A stretch of DNA of 64,000 nt. Origin: an uncultured Chthonomonadaceae bacterium (lineage in GTDB: Bacteria > Armatimonadota > Chthonomonadetes > Chthonomonadales > Chthonomonadaceae). The DNA is taken from contig CAWFQB010000001.1 in assembly GCA_963817895.1 (NCBI GenBank), positions 1,472,001 to 1,536,000 on the forward strand. Direction: 5' to 3'. The translations under genes and the position numbers were made by a program. The notes beneath the pieces are model-generated. The model was not told the DNA's origin, did not search any database, and worked only from the letters and a program-made list of their open reading frames with translations. Below, piece by piece: positions 18,961 through 29,018 of this stretch (position 1 is the stretch's first letter; each line of letters begins with the position of its first letter).

Positions 18961-21282
18961 TTACGCGCAAGGGTTGCTGTGCCGGATTGAGACACGGGCG
19001 ATTGCGCCAGCAGGCGTTTGCGATTCTTCGAGCAGAAAACGGGCGTCCATGAACGGCTCGAAGCGTATGTCCTGCCAGCGCGTCATGCCTTTGCCGTCAA
19101 TCAGGAAGGCGCCGTGCAGGGGCATGGACTCGAAATCATCGTACACCCGGAACGCTTTGAACGTTTTCGCGCTTTTGTCTGACAGTAGCGGGAACGGGTA
19201 CTGTTCGTTGAGTTTCTGGCTGGTATACGCCTGTTTCAGAAAGTCGGGCGCGTCCGTGCTGATGGCGACGAGGGAGATGCCCGCCTGCGCGAACTCTTTT
19301 TGCAGGGGCGCGAAGGCGTTGAGCTGTTCGCGGCACTTCACGCAGGCCGTGCCAAGATAGAAAATCACGACAACGGGCTTGCCCTGCCGGGTATAATCGG
19401 CGAGGGATGCTTTGCCGCCCGTCGCGTCAGGCAGGTTAAAGGCGGGGGCGGGCATGGGACTCCAGCGGAACGGGCCAAGCGTGTCCAGCGAGGGGCGCGG
19501 GCCGATGTCGGAAGGGGAGGGCGTGACGATGCGCCAGTCGGAAGCAGTAACGTTCGCGCTCTGCGCAATTCCGCTCAAACCTGCCAGCAGGGGCGTGTCC
19601 AGATCGGCGTGAACGGCGAGGCTTTGCAGGGTTTTGAACTGTTTCAGGGCGTCGTCGCGTTTGCCGTTTGCCGCCAGAACGGTTGCGAATGTGGCAAGGG
19701 GGGCGACCTGATTGGGGTTCTGCTGCGCGGCCTGCTTTGCCAGTTCTTCCGCTTTTGCCGCTTGCCCGCATTGCAGACGCAAGCGGGCCGCCCGCGCGGA
19801 TGGTAGTTGGGTAGCAAGGTCAAGCTGACGACCGGCTTCCGTTCTGTCGCCACCGCCAAGAGCCGCGTACGCCCGAACTTCGGCAAGGCGCGAGGTCAGC
19901 AATTTGGGATCGAAATTGCTGGTGTTCGCTTCCTGTTTAACGGGCTTGCCGTCCCTGTCCTTTTCAGGTTCATGCGCGGCCTGCATTGCCAGAAGCGCGT
20001 CCAGATATTTATGCCCACCCGTTAAATCGTTGGTGGCGAAACCGGCGTCGGCCAGCAACGTCAGGCGTTCCATCTGTTTGTTGGGGTTGTCCGTCGCTTC
20101 GATATAGCCCTGTTTGTCCAATTGCAGCGCGTCGTTCCACAGGTCGTAACAGAACAGGGTTTCTATCAGGCGATTCCGGCCCTGCGCCGCGCTGCCGTTT
20201 TCCAGCGTGTTGAAGCGGGGATGGCGGGGCAGTTCGATCATGTTTTTCGCCAGATCGAGCGCGTCGTGGACCCGGCCCAGATACTCCAGATTCTCCACAA
20301 GCCACTGGTTGTTGTGCGCGTAGTTGTGGATTTCGTCCGGCAAAACATGGTCGCGCATCATATAGGCGTGATCCACGCGCGCGGACGCCTCCTGCGAGTA
20401 CGCGGCATCCGCGTAACGCTTTAGTCCCGTGTACGTATGCCCCTGCATGTGCCACAGGTGCGCGATTCCCGGCCCGGACACGCCGCACTGCGCGGCGGCA
20501 TTGAGCGCGTTCTGCTCCGTCCCCTCCTGATCCCACAGATGGATGCGATAATGGTGCAGGGGGTGCTGCGGATTGGCGGCGAGAACCTGTTTCATCAGCG
20601 CGTCAATCTGTTCCCGGCTCCGTTTCGGGTCGAGATACTGATTGGTCAGATACTCGTGGGCGAGGAACGCTTTGGCTTCGATGTCGTCCGGGTAGCGGCT
20701 GACGATGTTCTGCCACGCCGCTATCAGCGCGAGTTTGCGGGTTTTATTCCAATCGCTGCCCTTGTGGGCGGCGTTGATGTAGGCGGCAAGCGAGCGTATC
20801 CACAGCAGTTCGCGTTCTCCGGCGCGGGCTTCGCGTTCGACGGATTTGGCAATGAACTGTTTGGATTTATCCGCGTTGTCAATGTATGCGAGGGCGAGTC
20901 CCCAGTAGCCCATCGGGTTGGCGGGATCGAGTTCCACCACTTTGCGGAACGAGCGGGCGGCTTCCAGATACCAGTAGCCGTGCATCTGCCCGATGCCCTG
21001 ATTGAAAAACTTTTGCGTGTCGCGAACTTTCGTGGTGATGGGGAAATCTACCCTCGGCATCCCTTTCATCAGATACGCGCGCTGTCGCGGCACATCGTTG
21101 AAGGCGTCGCCAAGCATGGAGTGTCCGAAGGCGGCTTTCCGGTCGGTGGGAGTGGTATCCTGCGTTTGGGCGGCAGGCGCAGGTTCCTGCGCGCGGGCGA
21201 GTGATACCAGCCCGACCGTCAGGTTCAGCGCGAGACCGGCAAGCAGCAGCGTTTGTGGACAACGTTGAAAGCGGGTAGGCAT
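18961..21282 (-). CDS. Secreted TPR-like protein with C-terminal thioredoxin-fold redoxin (AhpC/TSA) domain
   Basis: Signal peptide; helical repeats; APAFNLPD, VVIFYLGTACVKC, AISTD, FPLLSD, HGAFLIDG. Confidence 0.85.
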   Translation of the reverse strand: MPTRFQRCPQTLLLAGLALNLTVGLVSLARAQEPAPAAQTQDTTPTDRKAAFGHSMLGDAFNDVPRQRAYLMKGMPRVDFPITTKVRDTQKFFNQGIGQMHGYWYLEAARSFRKVVELDPANPMGYWGLALAYIDNADKSKQFIAKSVEREARAGERELLWIRSLAAYINAAHKGSDWNKTRKLALIAAWQNIVSRYPDDIEAKAFLAHEYLTNQYLDPKRSREQIDALMKQVLAANPQHPLHHYRIHLWDQEGTEQNALNAAAQCGVSGPGIAHLWHMQGHTYTGLKRYADAAYSQEASARVDHAYMMRDHVLPDEIHNYAHNNQWLVENLEYLGRVHDALDLAKNMIELPRHPRFNTLENGSAAQGRNRLIETLFCYDLWNDALQLDKQGYIEATDNPNKQMERLTLLADAGFATNDLTGGHKYLDALLAMQAAHEPEKDRDGKPVKQEANTSNFDPKLLTSRLAEVRAYAALGGGDRTEAGRQLDLATQLPSARAARLRLQCGQAAKAEELAKQAAQQNPNQVAPLATFATVLAANGKRDDALKQFKTLQSLAVHADLDTPLLAGLSGIAQSANVTASDWRIVTPSPSDIGPRPSLDTLGPFRWSPMPAPAFNLPDATGGKASLADYTRQGKPVVVIFYLGTACVKCREQLNAFAPLQKEFAQAGISLVAISTDAPDFLKQAYTSQKLNEQYPFPLLSDKSAKTFKAFRVYDDFESMPLHGAFLIDGKGMTRWQDIRFEPFMDARFLLEESQTPAGAIARVSIRHSNPCA

Positions 21283-21424
21283 GAGAACATTCCTTCACGA
21301 AAGAAGCGCCAAATGGGTTACTGACGAGCCGTAAAGCAACAACGAACAGCGTTAGCGCGTACAGGCAGGATAACAGAATACTGCCGTTTTTGTCAAGCCG
21401 AATATCAGGAATCAGTCATCCTTT

Positions 21425-22712
21425 ATGGACATAGAGCAACTTCATTTTTTAACTTCGGAAGCGGGAGAACAGGCAGTGGCGAAAGCCATGCTGCTGCCTC
21501 CCGACCGCCTGACGCGCCTGACGCGCCTGCGCCGGGAACACGCGCCCCCTCTTGCCGCAGGAATCGTGGAACTGCTGGAACTGCGGCAACGGGCGCGCGT
21601 TAAATTTGCTCATGCGGATCGCATGTTTTTCACGCCCGAAGGTCTGGAACAATCTACGGGCGAAACCATTGCCCGGTATCGCGCAGGCCGATTTCCCGCC
21701 GGTGTCGCCGTTCTGGACGCCTGCTGCGGAATCGGCGGTGACGCGCTGGCCCTTGTCCGCCGCGCCCCCGTACTGGCTGTAGACAGCAATCCCGTTGCCG
21801 CCGCTTGCGCTCTTGCCAATGCCCGCGTTCTGTCCGAGTTAAAACCAGACGCGGAATTCAATGCAGAACGCGCGCCTGCTCCTGCTATCTATACGCTATG
21901 CGCCGATGTGACGACGCTTGATCTTGCCCGACTGCGTGACCGGGGAATTGGCGCGGCGTTTTTTGATCCGTCCCGACGCATGGATACGCGGGAGGGCCGT
22001 AAACGCGCCCGCAATTCCGAAGATTACCTGCCGCCCCTGTCATGGCTGAACGCGCTCCAGTCGCATTTCTCGTTTGTCGGCGTGAAAGTGTCCCCGGCTA
22101 TTGATGACGCTACCCTGCTGCAATTTACAAATCACGGCGCAATGGTGGAGTTCATCGCGGAGGGAAACGAGTGCAAGGAGGCGGTTTTATGGTGTGGCAG
22201 CGCGGCGGATGCTTTACGAATTTCGGATACGCCTGCATCCGCCGAACCGTACTGCGCAACGATTGTCGGCAAGGATGGAACAGCCAGCACGCTGCGCCAG
22301 CAAACTGTGGATGTCGCGCCGCTTTCTGATCCCCTCAACTGGCTGTTCGAGCCGAACCCCGCCGCAATCCGAGCGCATCTCACGCCGCAAATCGCTTTAG
22401 AGATAAGTGGCGCGCAAATGGACAGGGATATTGCTTATCTGACCGCCGAAGATTACCACGCCACGCCTTTCGTCACCGCTTACCGTATATCTGGATTGGA
22501 TGCCGTTCCACGCCAAAAACCTGCAAGCCTGGCTGCGAACCCACAATCGGCGCGTGGAAGTGGTCAAAAAGCGCGGCGTGGATTTGGAACCGGACGATGT
22601 ACGCAAAAAACTCGCTTCATCCGCTCTTGCCGACAATCCGCCCCTCGTTCTCGTCCTGATGCGCCGGAAAGAGCAGACTCTTACTATTCTGTGCGACATG
22701 CCTGCGTTGTGA
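21425..22712 (+). CDS. Class I SAM-dependent methyltransferase with THUMP-like C-terminus, frameshifted near 22490
   Basis: LEQST, VLDACCGIGGD, FFDPSRR; C-terminus continues in ORF 22500-22712 (VVKKRGVDLEP). Confidence 0.85.
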
Positions 22713-23383
22713 CAACTCCCCATGCGTAAACGCAGGGGCTTCTATGCAGGTATACCTACAACGGTATGTTGCCCCATACCGATTTTGAGGATATTCAAGG
22801 CTGCGTTGGTATCTCTATCCAGCCTTAATCCACAATTCGGGCAGAAGTGAACCCGTTCTTTGAGGGCTTTGGGGACACGCGCACCACACCCGGAACAATC
22901 CTGACTTGTACAGGCCGGGTTGACTTCCGCAAACTTACGACCGGCGCTTTCAGCCTTGTACATAAGCGCGTTGCGGAACAGGAACCAGCCTGCTTCTAAG
23001 ATGCTTTTGTTCAAACCTGACTTCCGGCTTGCGCCATTGGGCAGATACTCTTGTGTTTGCGCGTCCTGTTTTGGTTTAGGACGCTTGACCATGTTTTCTA
23101 CTTGCAATTTCTCAACGGCAATCAGACCGTACTGATTTACGATCTTGCGGCTCTCCTGATGGATGAAGTTATGCCTGCGGTTCCTGATGCGCTCGTGGAT
23201 ACAGCGTACAACTTTCCGCGCCTTACGCTGTTGAGGGGAACCCTTCTGATGCTTCTCGACCTTGCGCTGCGCTTTTGCCAGAGCCTTATGATGCCTACAT
23301 GTTCAACGCGAGAGTTACCGAACCCGCTTCGCGTGTTGCGATTTTGTATCCCATATGCCTGAAGGCGAGGGTCTTAAAATCGC
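22709..23383 (-). mobile_element. Internally deleted IS200/IS605-family element
   Basis: Subterminal hairpins at 22716-22742 and 23338-23383 enclose a 3' tnpB fragment; minus-strand end reads GGGGAGTTGTCAC. Confidence 0.75.
22742..23290 (-). pseudogene. tnpB: TnpB C-terminal fragment
   Basis: KALAKAQRK...IAVEKLQVENM...SGLNKSILEAGW...TSQDCSGCG...CPNCGLRLDRDTNAALNIL; N-terminal half and RuvC-I absent. Confidence 0.9.
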
Positions 23384-23397
23384 GTTTCTGATAATTA

Positions 23398-24426
23398 GGG
23401 CCTTGTGCTAGTTAGGGAAGGCCAGTGCCTTGATCTGCAAGAACTCTGCCTTGCCGAGCAAGCGGTTTAGATAGATGCACACGGTATGGGCGGTCAACTT
23501 GGCGTACAAGCGGGTACACAAGCCCCAAAAACTATGCGCATGATTGGTTTCGACGTTGAACTGTTGCGTGAGTTGCCCATTGACCGTCTCGATTATCTGC
23601 CGCAAACGGTTGAAGCGGTACTTGGTTTCGCGACTAACCTGTTGTTTCTGGTTGGAACGCGGCAGGGTTAGCAGACGGACATTGCGTTGGGCACACTGTT
23701 CCTTCGCTTCCTGACTGATGTAGCCTTTGTCGCCCATGACCAGCAAATTCGCGTGGGCCGACAGGATTTCCTGCCCCACGCTCAGGTCGGTTTCGTTGGC
23801 AGGGGCGAGTTCAAAGTCCAGAATAGTTCCGTTGACAGCTAACAACAAGTGCAGTTTGTAGCCGAAGATTGTCCACTTCTTGGAACTGACTTTGCCGAAG
23901 GTCGCGCCGTGTTCTTTCCAGCCGCTGCCCGCCTGCGGAGCCAGATGAAAGCCGACAACGGGAACCGGCAGGCTGTCAAGCAAGCATTGTCCATCTTGGG
24001 CTAAGTCCAACAAGCCAAGTACACCTTGACGGATCAGGTTCATCGCCTGACACAGGGTACGGCGGCGACGATTGAAGCGCGAACGCTCGGGCAAATGCGG
24101 GAATAAGTGGCGGTACATCCGCCATTCCTGCATCATCTCCGTTTCTTTGTCCCACCCCCGGCACTCGCCCACAAGGGCGAGCGTGAGCAATTCGGCATCA
24201 CTGCACTCGGATTGGGGGCCGGGATGGGTGAACTGACTGCCGATTTCTTGCCAGATACTGTCAATCACATAGTAGACCCACAAGCAGAAGTCGTCAAAAT
24301 GCGTTATCATGGAAGTGCCTTTCGTTACGCGCGGAGTTTGTGTGATGATAAACTCTTGTACGTAACGAAGGCACAAACTGAACAAAGGACAGGCCACACA
24401 ATGACGTGCTAACTAGCACAAGGCCC
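23398..24426 (-). mobile_element. IS982-family insertion sequence, 1029 bp
   Basis: Perfect 18-bp terminal IRs GGGCCTTGTGCTAGTTAG (23398-23415, 24409-24426); AATTA direct repeats on both flanks. Confidence 0.92.
23408..24310 (-). CDS. IS982-family DDE transposase
   Basis: SDAELLT, ERSRFNRRRR, LDSLPVPV, GYKLHL, GDKGYIS, RQIIETVNGQL. Confidence 0.93.
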   Translation of the reverse strand: MITHFDDFCLWVYYVIDSIWQEIGSQFTHPGPQSECSDAELLTLALVGECRGWDKETEMMQEWRMYRHLFPHLPERSRFNRRRRTLCQAMNLIRQGVLGLLDLAQDGQCLLDSLPVPVVGFHLAPQAGSGWKEHGATFGKVSSKKWTIFGYKLHLLLAVNGTILDFELAPANETDLSVGQEILSAHANLLVMGDKGYISQEAKEQCAQRNVRLLTLPRSNQKQQVSRETKYRFNRLRQIIETVNGQLTQQFNVETNHAHSFWGLCTRLYAKLTAHTVCIYLNRLLGKAEFLQIKALAFPN

Positions 24427-24428
24427 AA

Positions 24429-24755
24429 TTAGGATTTTCGCTTGACGGTTGATCTGCGCCGCGTCTTTCCCGGCACTACCTTTGCTTTACAGGCGTGGCC
24501 GTCTCGACACTTTGCCCCGCACTCTGGCCGCTCCGACTTCGGCAACTGCCACACGCCCCGCAAACCGTCAGGCCGCGCCCGGTGACTGCCCCATTCTATC
24601 AGCAGGGCGTTGCGTATGTCCTCGATCCGGCGCTGGCGCTTACGTTCCCGAACCGCCTGCCGTTCGGCGTATCGGGAGATCGTCCGGCCTTCTCTCTCGT
24701 GTTGCTTATGGAAACGGAAGCGGATCGCTGCGTGTTGCTCAAAAATCGTTGCCAT
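24429..24755 (-). pseudogene. Possible truncated HGGxSTG-like Cys-motif protein next to the IS982 end
   Basis: CGAKCRDGHACKAKVVPGKTR resembles the first half of the motif; the CRxHGG half is missing. Confidence 0.45.
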
Positions 24756-25225
24756 TTTGCCCCATTTGTGCCGAAAATTGCAGAGTTTTGCCCGGTTTCA
24801 GGGCTGTTTTGGGCATTTATTTCCATACCCCATATTGCGGGCGCACCCGCGCGTTTTTGCGGCGAAGACTTCCCCTTACTTACATTCAGGAGTGTTTTCG
24901 CCTGTGTCCGCATGATATTCCCATGAAATTAAAATAATGCGGATCGGCCCAGAACAGGCTCAGGTTCGTTTCCGGTCTGACGGCGGCTCTATGCAGTTAG
25001 GCATGTAGTTATACATGGAACGTAATCTGTCAGGCGGGCGTTTCCACACCACGTTCTTCTTTCCACCCCGCCCCCTTGTCAGGTTTGCTCCGCAAGGTTG
25101 CCGGTTCTTTGTGCAACTCGTGTTTTCCACAGCGAGTTCTTTCCATTTTGCGGCCTATAACTTGGGCACGGCACATACAAGTGCTGAACATTTCTCGTTC
25201 TTACTTTCCTCACAAGGAGTTCCTT

Positions 25226-25903
25226 ATGCGCTCTGGCAAACTCGTTTTCGGCATCGCCCTCGCTCTGGTTGCAGTAAACGCCCGCTCGTCTCAGGCTCAG
25301 GTGACAATTACGGTTGCGCCCACCGGCAGCATCGGCAGCTTCGGAACCCCCGCCTCAGGTTCGACGCCCACCTACGGCGAAGTGCTGACCGACCCGGCAG
25401 GCAATCCCTATCTGCAATCCATCACCTACAATATTGATAACCCCAACGCTGCGGTCATTCCGTTTCAGGCGTACGTCTACAACTGGAACGGCTCTTCCAT
25501 CACCGGCTCCGCGCTGTATACGTCCGCCCCCCTGTCCATTGCGCCGAGCGGCAACCTCTTTCTTCCCGTTTCTGTGACCGGGATCAATACCGCCCTGACA
25601 CCGGGCAGTCAGTATTTGGTCTTCTTTTCCACCCTCGGCTTTGCAGGCAACATCGGCGGAGCGCGTTATCAAACCGCTCCTGACTCCGCGTATACAGGCG
25701 GAACGTTCGCGTTTAGCAACGCCGCAACGTTCGCCACCCTTCCGAATTCGTTTACGTCTGGTGTATTCGGTGATCTGGCATTCACAGCAACGTTCACACC
25801 CACATCTACTGCCGTTCCCGAACCCGGCTCCGTCGCCCTGCTCACCGGCCTGAGCCTCACCGGAGCCGCCCTCCTGCGGCGCCGTCGCAAAACACGCGCG
25901 TAA
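25226..25903 (+). CDS. PEP-CTERM sorting domain protein
   Basis: AAGGAG RBS, signal peptide, C-terminal VPEPGSVALLTGLSLTGAALLRRRRK. Confidence 0.93.
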   Translation: MRSGKLVFGIALALVAVNARSSQAQVTITVAPTGSIGSFGTPASGSTPTYGEVLTDPAGNPYLQSITYNIDNPNAAVIPFQAYVYNWNGSSITGSALYTSAPLSIAPSGNLFLPVSVTGINTALTPGSQYLVFFSTLGFAGNIGGARYQTAPDSAYTGGTFAFSNAATFATLPNSFTSGVFGDLAFTATFTPTSTAVPEPGSVALLTGLSLTGAALLRRRRKTRA

Positions 25904-25999
25904 TCGCGTCAGGCGACACGCGCAGGGCGGTTACGCCTCAACATCAGCCACAATCCTAACGATGCGAATTGTGGCTGATGTTGCTTTATTCTTTGCGTT

Positions 26000-27445
26000 C
26001 TAAAAGCAACGCCCTTTTTGACGCAGTTCCGCTTTCGCCTGTTTTTGCGCCGCTTCGATTTCGGCCCAGGGACATTCCCAATGCACAATGCGGTAGCGCC
26101 CGGCATGTTTGCGCAGGAAGAACTCCGCTTCGCCCGCCCAACCCTCGGTTCCTTCCTCCCAGGCTACCTGTAGGTTAACATTCACGCGCAGCAATTTGCG
26201 TTTTTCCACGATCCAATCCCTTCTATCCGAACTGGAACGAACCGGCAGATAGTTTTGCGTATTGGCGGAGGTTACCTGAGAAGTCCATGCGCTCCATAGT
26301 CCGGCCTGCTGTTCCACGCCCTGTTTCCAATCCAGTTCCTGCGGCAGGTGCATTTGAAAATCGAACTTCCATGCCGAACTGAAGGCGCGAACATCGGCCT
26401 GACGCCAGCCTGAATCGGAACGCGCAATGACATCTTGAATGCCCTGACGCTCCTGACTGGAAAGCGCGTCCCACATTTCCGGCGGAGCAGGTATGTCCTC
26501 CCGCATCCGAAGCGGCTTATCGGGCGGCATCTCGAATGTGCCAGCCGGGGCGGGCTGATTGAACGTATAGCGGTCACGGACTTGGAGGCTTGCCAGGCTG
26601 CCTATCAGCAGATTGGTTTCTCGTCGTTCCTGACGCGAAATCCGGCCCGTTTCCGGCTCCGTCCAGATTGTGCGCGTCACCTGAAATTTGGTGGAAATCG
26701 TTTCACGCTGCCAGCGCAGAAGCCGCTGCCCGTCTTGCTCGATCTCTTGCATCCGCCACGTTTTTAATTCTGCTGCCCGCTCTTCCGCGTCCTCTTTGGC
26801 TGAGAAATGCGGAAACAAGGCCTTACTCAGCAAACCGTCAGTGGTGTAAGGATCGGACATGGGAGCAAGCACGCTGTGATTCCTGTCTGAACTTGTATAT
26901 AAATGTCCGCGCGCATCCATTACACTGTGTGTCCAGGAATTATCACACTCGTTGCGATGAGCAAGCGCGGGAGGGTTCAAACTCATCCAATACTGCGTAG
27001 ATTGGGGCTTTACTTCCATATCCCCGCCATATATTGTATCCGTTCGTACCCAGGCTGCGGACGAAATCGCCTGCGCGTCACTGAGGTACGGTTCTCTCGC
27101 GGGCGCGGTTTCGAGAAGTATCTCCGAATCTTCCGGCGCAGGGGCTTGCTGCGGGCTGTCGCGGTTCGGAGAAGCGGCCTGATGCGCGGCCTGTATTTGC
27201 GCGATGTGTTGTTTCAGGCGAGGCCAACTGGCGAAGCCGTATTCCCGCGCGACAATCAACTGCGCGTCGGACAGGCAAAATGCAGACGGGGCAGACGTAA
27301 TCCGGGCGGGAGGGAACGCTGAAGAATAAATATTGGCGCGGGCAACTGAAGCGGGATTGTTGGCGCGTAATTCGGCAAGCAGGTTTTTGGCCTGCTTCCT
27401 GATATGTTCCCAGTGGGGCAGGGCAGGCAGCGAACGCGAGGGCAT
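26000..27445 (-). CDS. Hypothetical protein with a conserved N-terminal helical module (EHIRKQAK...LSDAQLIVAREYGFASWPRLK)
   Basis: AGGAGG RBS; N-terminal module recalled from ankyrin/glyoxalase fusions; rest unassigned. Confidence 0.75.
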   Translation of the reverse strand: MPSRSLPALPHWEHIRKQAKNLLAELRANNPASVARANIYSSAFPPARITSAPSAFCLSDAQLIVAREYGFASWPRLKQHIAQIQAAHQAASPNRDSPQQAPAPEDSEILLETAPAREPYLSDAQAISSAAWVRTDTIYGGDMEVKPQSTQYWMSLNPPALAHRNECDNSWTHSVMDARGHLYTSSDRNHSVLAPMSDPYTTDGLLSKALFPHFSAKEDAEERAAELKTWRMQEIEQDGQRLLRWQRETISTKFQVTRTIWTEPETGRISRQERRETNLLIGSLASLQVRDRYTFNQPAPAGTFEMPPDKPLRMREDIPAPPEMWDALSSQERQGIQDVIARSDSGWRQADVRAFSSAWKFDFQMHLPQELDWKQGVEQQAGLWSAWTSQVTSANTQNYLPVRSSSDRRDWIVEKRKLLRVNVNLQVAWEEGTEGWAGEAEFFLRKHAGRYRIVHWECPWAEIEAAQKQAKAELRQKGRCF

Positions 27446-27572
27446 GACAGACCTCCTTCTGTAAAAGCCTGATGTCCACGCGCGCAGGCAGAAAGAGGGT
27501 GACGATAATTCTAATCTAAAACCAGTTGGGTTCGACCCTTCCCGTGGACAGGGCGCGGCTGGAACGCGCTGG
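27446..27572 (-). ncRNA. Putative structured cis-regulatory 5' leader
   Basis: 8-bp helix 27473-27480/27543-27550; anti-SD 27489-27498 pairs with SD region 27452-27461; hairpin 27528-27538. Confidence 0.65.
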
Positions 27573-27576
27573 CAAC

Positions 27577-27605
27577 AGTATAGCAAATCCACGCGGGCGC
27601 GTCAA
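27577..27605 (-). promoter_or_regulatory. Sigma70-type promoter
   Basis: TTGACG (27605-27600), 17 nt, TATACT (27582-27577) with extended TG. Confidence 0.75.
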
Positions 27606-27634
27606 GAAGAATTTTCCTGAATGATTTAAGAATA

Positions 27635-27700
27635 GCCCCTCTCCCAAGCTTTTTTGGGAGAGGGGTGTCCTTCCCTACGGGTGGACGCCCGGGGTGAGGG
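27635..27700. repeat. REP-like palindrome
   Basis: CCCCTCTCCCAA..TTGGGAGAGGGG...GGGGTGAGGG; largely the reverse complement of 28942-29007. Confidence 0.75.
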
Positions 27701-27705
27701 CATAG

Positions 27706-28362
27706 TTACCCGCTGCGGATAGTGCGCGAGAGTTGCAGAGCGGGAAACAGAAACAGAAACGTGTGCAGGACGGCATCTATATCCGTCGTCAGGGTCACGG
27801 TCTGAACCAGCGCTCCCGTATCCACGGAAAGCGTCAGAACTTCCCACACATGGTCGCGCTCCGCCGGGGTGGGACGCAGGTAGTGACGGTCGCAAGTTCC
27901 CACAATTTGCTCGGACGCATCGGTAAAGGTGTGAACCACTTCGGTCGGCTCGCTTTGCGGCTCGTTTTCCGGGCGAACCGGGCGACGCGCTTTGCCGATT
28001 ACCGCGCCACCCGGCAATTCAAAGTCCGCGCCCCAATTCGCGTCGTACAGCGTTCCGAACAGCGTTCCATCAGGATGATGTATCTGCGCTTTCGCTTCCC
28101 GCTTTGTGCCGCCCCAGTAGGAAGTGGTCGTCAGCAGAAGATTGCCGTCCGCGTCTTTCAACTCCCCGTGCAGGTGGCTGTCGGCATTGAACAGGTGGAA
28201 CAATCCTGTTTTCTTGTAAACCTTCGCGAACCGCGCAAAAACGACGCCCTGCTTGTCCCGGTACTCAATATGCAGGTTACGTATATCTATGTTTTCTTGC
28301 ATCCGCGTTGCCACGCAACTGCGGCATTGTAAAAAAGGCGAACTCATTACAAGTGTTTCCAT
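27706..28362 (-). CDS. Hypothetical protein
   Basis: 218-aa ORF with plausible composition, coupled to the upstream ORF. Confidence 0.55.
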   Translation of the reverse strand: METLVMSSPFLQCRSCVATRMQENIDIRNLHIEYRDKQGVVFARFAKVYKKTGLFHLFNADSHLHGELKDADGNLLLTTTSYWGGTKREAKAQIHHPDGTLFGTLYDANWGADFELPGGAVIGKARRPVRPENEPQSEPTEVVHTFTDASEQIVGTCDRHYLRPTPAERDHVWEVLTLSVDTGALVQTVTLTTDIDAVLHTFLFLFPALQLSRTIRSG

Positions 28363-28844
28363 TATCGGTTCCTCTCCCTGCCTGCCGCCGCAACGTATTG
28401 CCCCAGATTCCTGACTTGCGCAAGGGAAATCGGCGCGTCGTTCAGTTCGACCGTCATAGCTTCGGAGATGCCGGAGGCAAGCGCGTCTTGCAGCACTTGC
28501 AGCAAAATACAGCCTGTCTCAGAGGCGACAATTGTCTGCTCCCCGCTCAACGCGCCCGGTTCCTGAAGATCGCTGACCCAAATATTGGCCTGCAACAGCG
28601 CCTGCTGAATACGAAAGCGATAAACACACTCGCTTACCTGAGCCTTCACCTCTCTGCACCACGTTTGACACTGCGCCAGCGTCAACAAACAGGGTTCGTT
28701 CGGGTTATCTAATGGAACGGTAATCGTTTCGCCGTTTTCCGGGTTCTGTTCGAGCGCGGAAGCGAGGTCAGCCTGTAGCAGGACGCACAGCAGCAGCAGC
28801 GCTTCCGCCTGATTCCTGCTGCGCGAACTTTGCGGGCAGGCCAT
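28362..28844 (-). CDS. Hypothetical protein; true start may lie near 28916 across a frameshift
   Basis: ORF abuts the next gene; no motif recognised. Confidence 0.4.
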   Translation of the reverse strand: MACPQSSRSRNQAEALLLLCVLLQADLASALEQNPENGETITVPLDNPNEPCLLTLAQCQTWCREVKAQVSECVYRFRIQQALLQANIWVSDLQEPGALSGEQTIVASETGCILLQVLQDALASGISEAMTVELNDAPISLAQVRNLGQYVAAAGRERNR

Positions 28845-28941
28845 CGGGATTTAGTTTGGCGATAGCGTTTGCAGAGCGGTGGATATTCTGCATGAGAATC
28901 GTTTCGGATGGCGGCATCTTCTTGTCTCGCTTTCTGCTGTA

Positions 28942-29007
28942 CCTCACCCCGGGCGTCCATTTATGGACACCCTCTCCTGACGGCTCGTTTTTCGTTAGGA
29001 GAGGGGC
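28942..29007. repeat. REP-like palindrome
   Basis: CCTCACCCCGGGCGTCCA...CCCTCTCCT...AGGAGAGGGG. Confidence 0.75.
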
Positions 29008-29018
29008 TAATGGCTGCA

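Noticed and set aside
24949..24975. Weak 11-bp periodic CCAGA/TCAGG/TCCGG upstream of the PEP-CTERM gene
   Set aside because: Too degenerate and only one instance
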